Assembly: GCA_963843145.1 (NCBI GenBank)
Contig: CAWJJC010000017.1
Span: 160,001-224,000 of the forward strand
Direction of reading: 5' to 3'
DNA length: 64,000 bases
DNA from: an uncultured delta proteobacterium
GTDB taxonomy: Bacteria; Desulfobacterota; RBG-13-43-22
Below the pieces are notes generated by a model. That model saw only the letters and a program-made list of their open reading frames with translations. It ran no database searches and had not been told where the DNA came from. Positions within the stretch are counted from its first letter, which is position 1; each line of letters begins with the position of its first letter. Made by a program: the position numbers and the translations under genes. Positions 61,065-64,000 of the stretch are shown here, piece after piece.

Positions 61065-61406
61065 CCTGAAAAAGGTCCAAACTCCAGATTCCGGCTTTCG
61101 CCGGAATGACAACATAGAAATCGTCACCTTTTAAGTTAACGCGTATGGGGTTGGGGGGTGGGTGGATCCCCAGATCTTCGACGAATCCGGCCTCACTCCA
61201 TTCCTAACTGACTCCATTGTCGGGTCGGGCTAAGCCAATTCTCTCCCCTCAGTCCGGAGATTTTGGAATAATACCCAGAAAGAAAAAGAAAATCGGCCTG
61301 ATGAATTGGTTATTGACAATTCTGGTTTTCAAATGGAACTCTTCTTTGAGGAAAGCCGATGCTGCAGGTCTCTGACGAGTTCTGACGCATTCATGTCGAA
61401 TGAACC

Positions 61407-62459
61407 CTATTTTTCATATTCCTGGAGCGCCGTTACAAAAGCTTCGATATTTTTAATTTTTGCGGGCGGGTAGACATCCGCAGGGGGGCACACCGTCGTA
61501 AAGCCCAGATCGAGGCAGCGATGGACCTTATCGGTAATCTCTGCCGGCGTCGCTTTGGCCAGCATGTCGAAGCTGCCGCATTCCCCGAAAAGCGGTATCG
61601 CCTCGGGTATCAGCCCCCTGGTCTTTTCGATGTTGCACTCCTTGTCGAGGAGGATGCCATCGGGGTCACAGGCCAGCATGAATTCGATAATTTCCCTGGA
61701 GTTGCCGAAAAAAAAGGTGACTTGGGGCATCTTTTTGGGTTTTAGAATTTCCTGCATGGAGGGCAATAACAGTTTGCGGAAGGTTTTCGGTGCGATGGAT
61801 GCACCGCCCCCCTCCACGACAATCATGAAATCAGCACCTGCACGAATGTAAAGATCGATCAATTGATTGATAAAAGTGGTGAGCTGCCCGAAAAGCCTCA
61901 GGGTTTTTTCCGGTTGCTTCAATAGCATCAGGTAAAGCGCATCCATATCCAGCACCTGACCCGCCAGGGTAAAGGGACCGGGGATGAATACCCCAACCGC
62001 CCCTTTATCCCGTGCGCGTTCCTTGAGGGTGCCAATGGTCTTCAATATGGCCGGCATTCGACCTTTTTCAGCCAGGGCATCTGGAATTTCAATATCGTCT
62101 TCCGGGGTGAAGGGTTTATCGGCGATGGTCGGGTATACCGGATTCCCATCGAACCCGTCGTGGTATCGGACCCGGGCACCGAGCATTTCCGCTTCCACAT
62201 TCAGATCAAAGGGCAGCACCGTCGATTCAAAACCGAACTCAAAGCTCATGAGAGCGGCCTCCGTCATGGCTTGGGAGTCCCTCAGGGTATCATTGAACGG
62301 CAACCCCCTTTCCTTGAGGCGGGCCAGAGGCAGAAAGGGTCCCATAAGGGTAACCGGCCTGGTTCCCTTCTGAAATTTTTTGATTAAGCGGACAAGCGGG
62401 TTGCTCTCTTCCATCTTCTCGATTATGCGTTCTGCTCCTTTTTGACGGTGTTTTTCCAT
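61407..62459 (-). CDS. Uroporphyrinogen decarboxylase / MtaA-CmuA-like family protein
   Basis: PFDLNVEAEMLG, GPFTLA, GAD and NIEAFV; start may be ~14 codons downstream. Confidence 0.85.
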   Translation of the reverse strand: MEKHRQKGAERIIEKMEESNPLVRLIKKFQKGTRPVTLMGPFLPLARLKERGLPFNDTLRDSQAMTEAALMSFEFGFESTVLPFDLNVEAEMLGARVRYHDGFDGNPVYPTIADKPFTPEDDIEIPDALAEKGRMPAILKTIGTLKERARDKGAVGVFIPGPFTLAGQVLDMDALYLMLLKQPEKTLRLFGQLTTFINQLIDLYIRAGADFMIVVEGGGASIAPKTFRKLLLPSMQEILKPKKMPQVTFFFGNSREIIEFMLACDPDGILLDKECNIEKTRGLIPEAIPLFGECGSFDMLAKATPAEITDKVHRCLDLGFTTVCPPADVYPPAKIKNIEAFVTALQEYEK

Positions 62460-63056
62460 CGATTCCGGTCCAGAGCTTCTAGGAGAACATTTTTCAGGCC
62501 ATCGACGCCTATTTCTTTACGATCGAGAATTGGGAGACCGGTAAGGTCCACGATCTCATCGATCCTCGACTGGTAATCGTCCAAATCACCCATGGCATCC
62601 AAAAGAATGATACCATCGAGCATGCTGAACATTTTCACGGGTTCGTTCTTTTGTTTTTCCCCTTATTTTCTCCGAAAATTGGATAAACGCTGGATTCAAA
62701 AACAGATATTTATGATCCGGGTCCATTTCAAGAAGATTTCCTTGGCCTCCGAGCAGGCAGTCGATGCAGTTCAATCCATCGACCTTGACCGCATCGTATT
62801 TGTCCATCAGCGTTTTCATTTCACCGTTAAACCCCAGACAGACATCGCCGTAGACGACGATGATGCCTTGCGATCGCAGCTCTGAATACTTTTTGAGGGC
62901 TTCGTTTAGCCCACGATCCAGCAGATTGTAATCCATGTGCAACCGTTCACTCAGGAAATGGACCTCTACATCAATATCGCCTTTTTCCAGGAGGTGTTCA
63001 ATTTCTTTTCGCAAAATACCGCAGGAAATCACACAAGGTTTTTCAGGGCGTTTCAT
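62423..63056 (-). CDS. DUF1638 family protein (frameshift near 62633)
   Basis: ISCGILRKE, LH, YGDVC and NCIDCLLG; C-terminus in the adjacent frame. Confidence 0.8.
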
Positions 63057-63079
63057 CTCATACTCCTGAATTCATATTA

Positions 63080-63703
63080 CTATTCCCAACCAACAACATC
63101 ACCGTATTGTGCTGTCTTGATCAATGCACGAACAAAACATCCCACCATGAAAGCAAGACATTCAAATTCCAAGAATTGAAGAGCTGTTTTATCCAGCATG
63201 ATTTGTATATCGACCGGAAATTCATCATCAGCTTCATAAAAAATAATCTTCAATGGGATTTTTGGAAGAACCCCAAATCTCCACAGATGTTTGCCCCCTT
63301 TAGACTCCTCTTCTATTCCACCAAGTTTTACCGCCGCTTCGCTAAATTTAACGTAGTCGTTACCAAAATATCGTTCCAAAGGAGTATTCATCAACCGGCT
63401 TTGTGCATTTAGACCGCTGATCATTCTTACCATACTCTCAAATAAAACGTAGGAGTTCTCAGGGTCTCCCTGACCTTTGGACAGAAGATAATAGAGAAGA
63501 ACACTGCGGTTATTTACATTGGCCGGTTGGCCGTCCAGAGTCTCAACCCCACCTAAGGTAATACGATATTCCCTCTTCAAAAGACATACTTGAATCCCAC
63601 CATCCACATATTCAAGACCAAGGCGGTCAGCCGCTTCCTGAAAATCACATCCAGAAAGTTTGGCGATTAATTCGAGGAAGATTGACTCATGGCCTTCTCC
63701 CAC
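63080..63703 (-). CDS. DUF3786 family protein
   Basis: LLYYLL and LPKIPLKIIFYEADDEFP..IQIMLD. Confidence 0.85.
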   Translation of the reverse strand: MGEGHESIFLELIAKLSGCDFQEAADRLGLEYVDGGIQVCLLKREYRITLGGVETLDGQPANVNNRSVLLYYLLSKGQGDPENSYVLFESMVRMISGLNAQSRLMNTPLERYFGNDYVKFSEAAVKLGGIEEESKGGKHLWRFGVLPKIPLKIIFYEADDEFPVDIQIMLDKTALQFLEFECLAFMVGCFVRALIKTAQYGDVVGWE

Positions 63704-63745
63704 AAAACCCTCCTTGATTCAAATTCCTCTTCAGTAACCGTAAAC

Positions 63746-63917
63746 TTATTAACGGTCTCATAATAGAACCGACTATCTCGATGTTCTCTTATCGTCATTC
63801 CCGCAGCGCTTCTGGGCGGGAATCCAGCCCCGGTCTGGTACGATTTTGGATCCCCGACAAAGGCACTCGGGGATGACGGTCGGTGTTATGTAGAGACAAT
63901 TATGAGAACCTTAATAA
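63746..63917. mobile_element. Family B-type TIR shell enclosing a REP inverted pair
   Basis: TTATTAACGGTCTCATAAT ... GTCATTCCCGC..GGGAATCC / GGATCCCCG..CGGGGATGAC ... ATTATGAGAACCTTAATAA. Confidence 0.7.
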
Positions 63918-64000
63918 TGGTGCCTTGGACCTACACTGCGGCCATCCTTTTCCGGCGGCTTACTTCGGCGGCGTCCGCATCATACCGGGCACAACCCGAA

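Larger units (their letters stand above)
59250..61087 (+). mobile_element. Two-gene IS701-like insertion sequence
   Basis: TIRs CTGGAGTTTGGAC(T/C)TTTT; 20-bp direct repeat ATTCCGGCTTTCGCCGGAAT at 59230-59249 and 61088-61107; internal TTGACA-17-TATCCT promoter. Confidence 0.9.
58870..61147. mobile_element. Transposase-less TIR cassette (IS4/IS231 MIC-like) carrying a REP-flanked GIY-YIG gene, with nested IS
   Basis: TIRs CATAAGCGCTAACTTA / TAAGTTAACGCGTATG; 11-bp direct repeat GGGTTGGGGGG at 58859-58869 and 61148-61158. Confidence 0.7.

Overview
Bacterial chromosomal window, probably from a Desulfobacterota/Syntrophobacterales-like deltaproteobacterium (inferred from gene content). In order it contains: a polysaccharide gene block; a defence-like island downstream of tmRNA (Fic, M48 peptidase, frameshifted type I R-M with an XRE regulator, and an AT-rich three-gene DUF3467-like/HicB-like/HicA-like module); a housekeeping block (ssrA, smpB, ptsI, ptsH, rsmI, yraN, rnhB, rplS, trmD, rimM, khpA, rpsP, ffh, tRNA-Lys, tRNA-Glu); then accessory metabolism (tandem PagL-like genes, Moco biosynthesis, Fe-S proteins, haloalkane dehalogenase, crotonases, a cytoplasmic molybdoenzyme, corrinoid methyltransferase-linked genes) and two classical TA pairs. 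Intergenic DNA is dense with small repeats. The most unusual items are (i) the putative tripartite TA module, (ii) tandem cassette arrays joined by a conserved ~55-bp hairpin junction, and (iii) a nested element: a transposase-less TIR cassette (11-bp TSD) carrying a REP-flanked GIY-YIG gene, interrupted by a two-gene IS701-like element whose 20-bp target duplication is the REP hairpin itself. Many single-base frameshifts suggest long-read consensus errors. All family assignments come from motif recognition by eye, not database searches.
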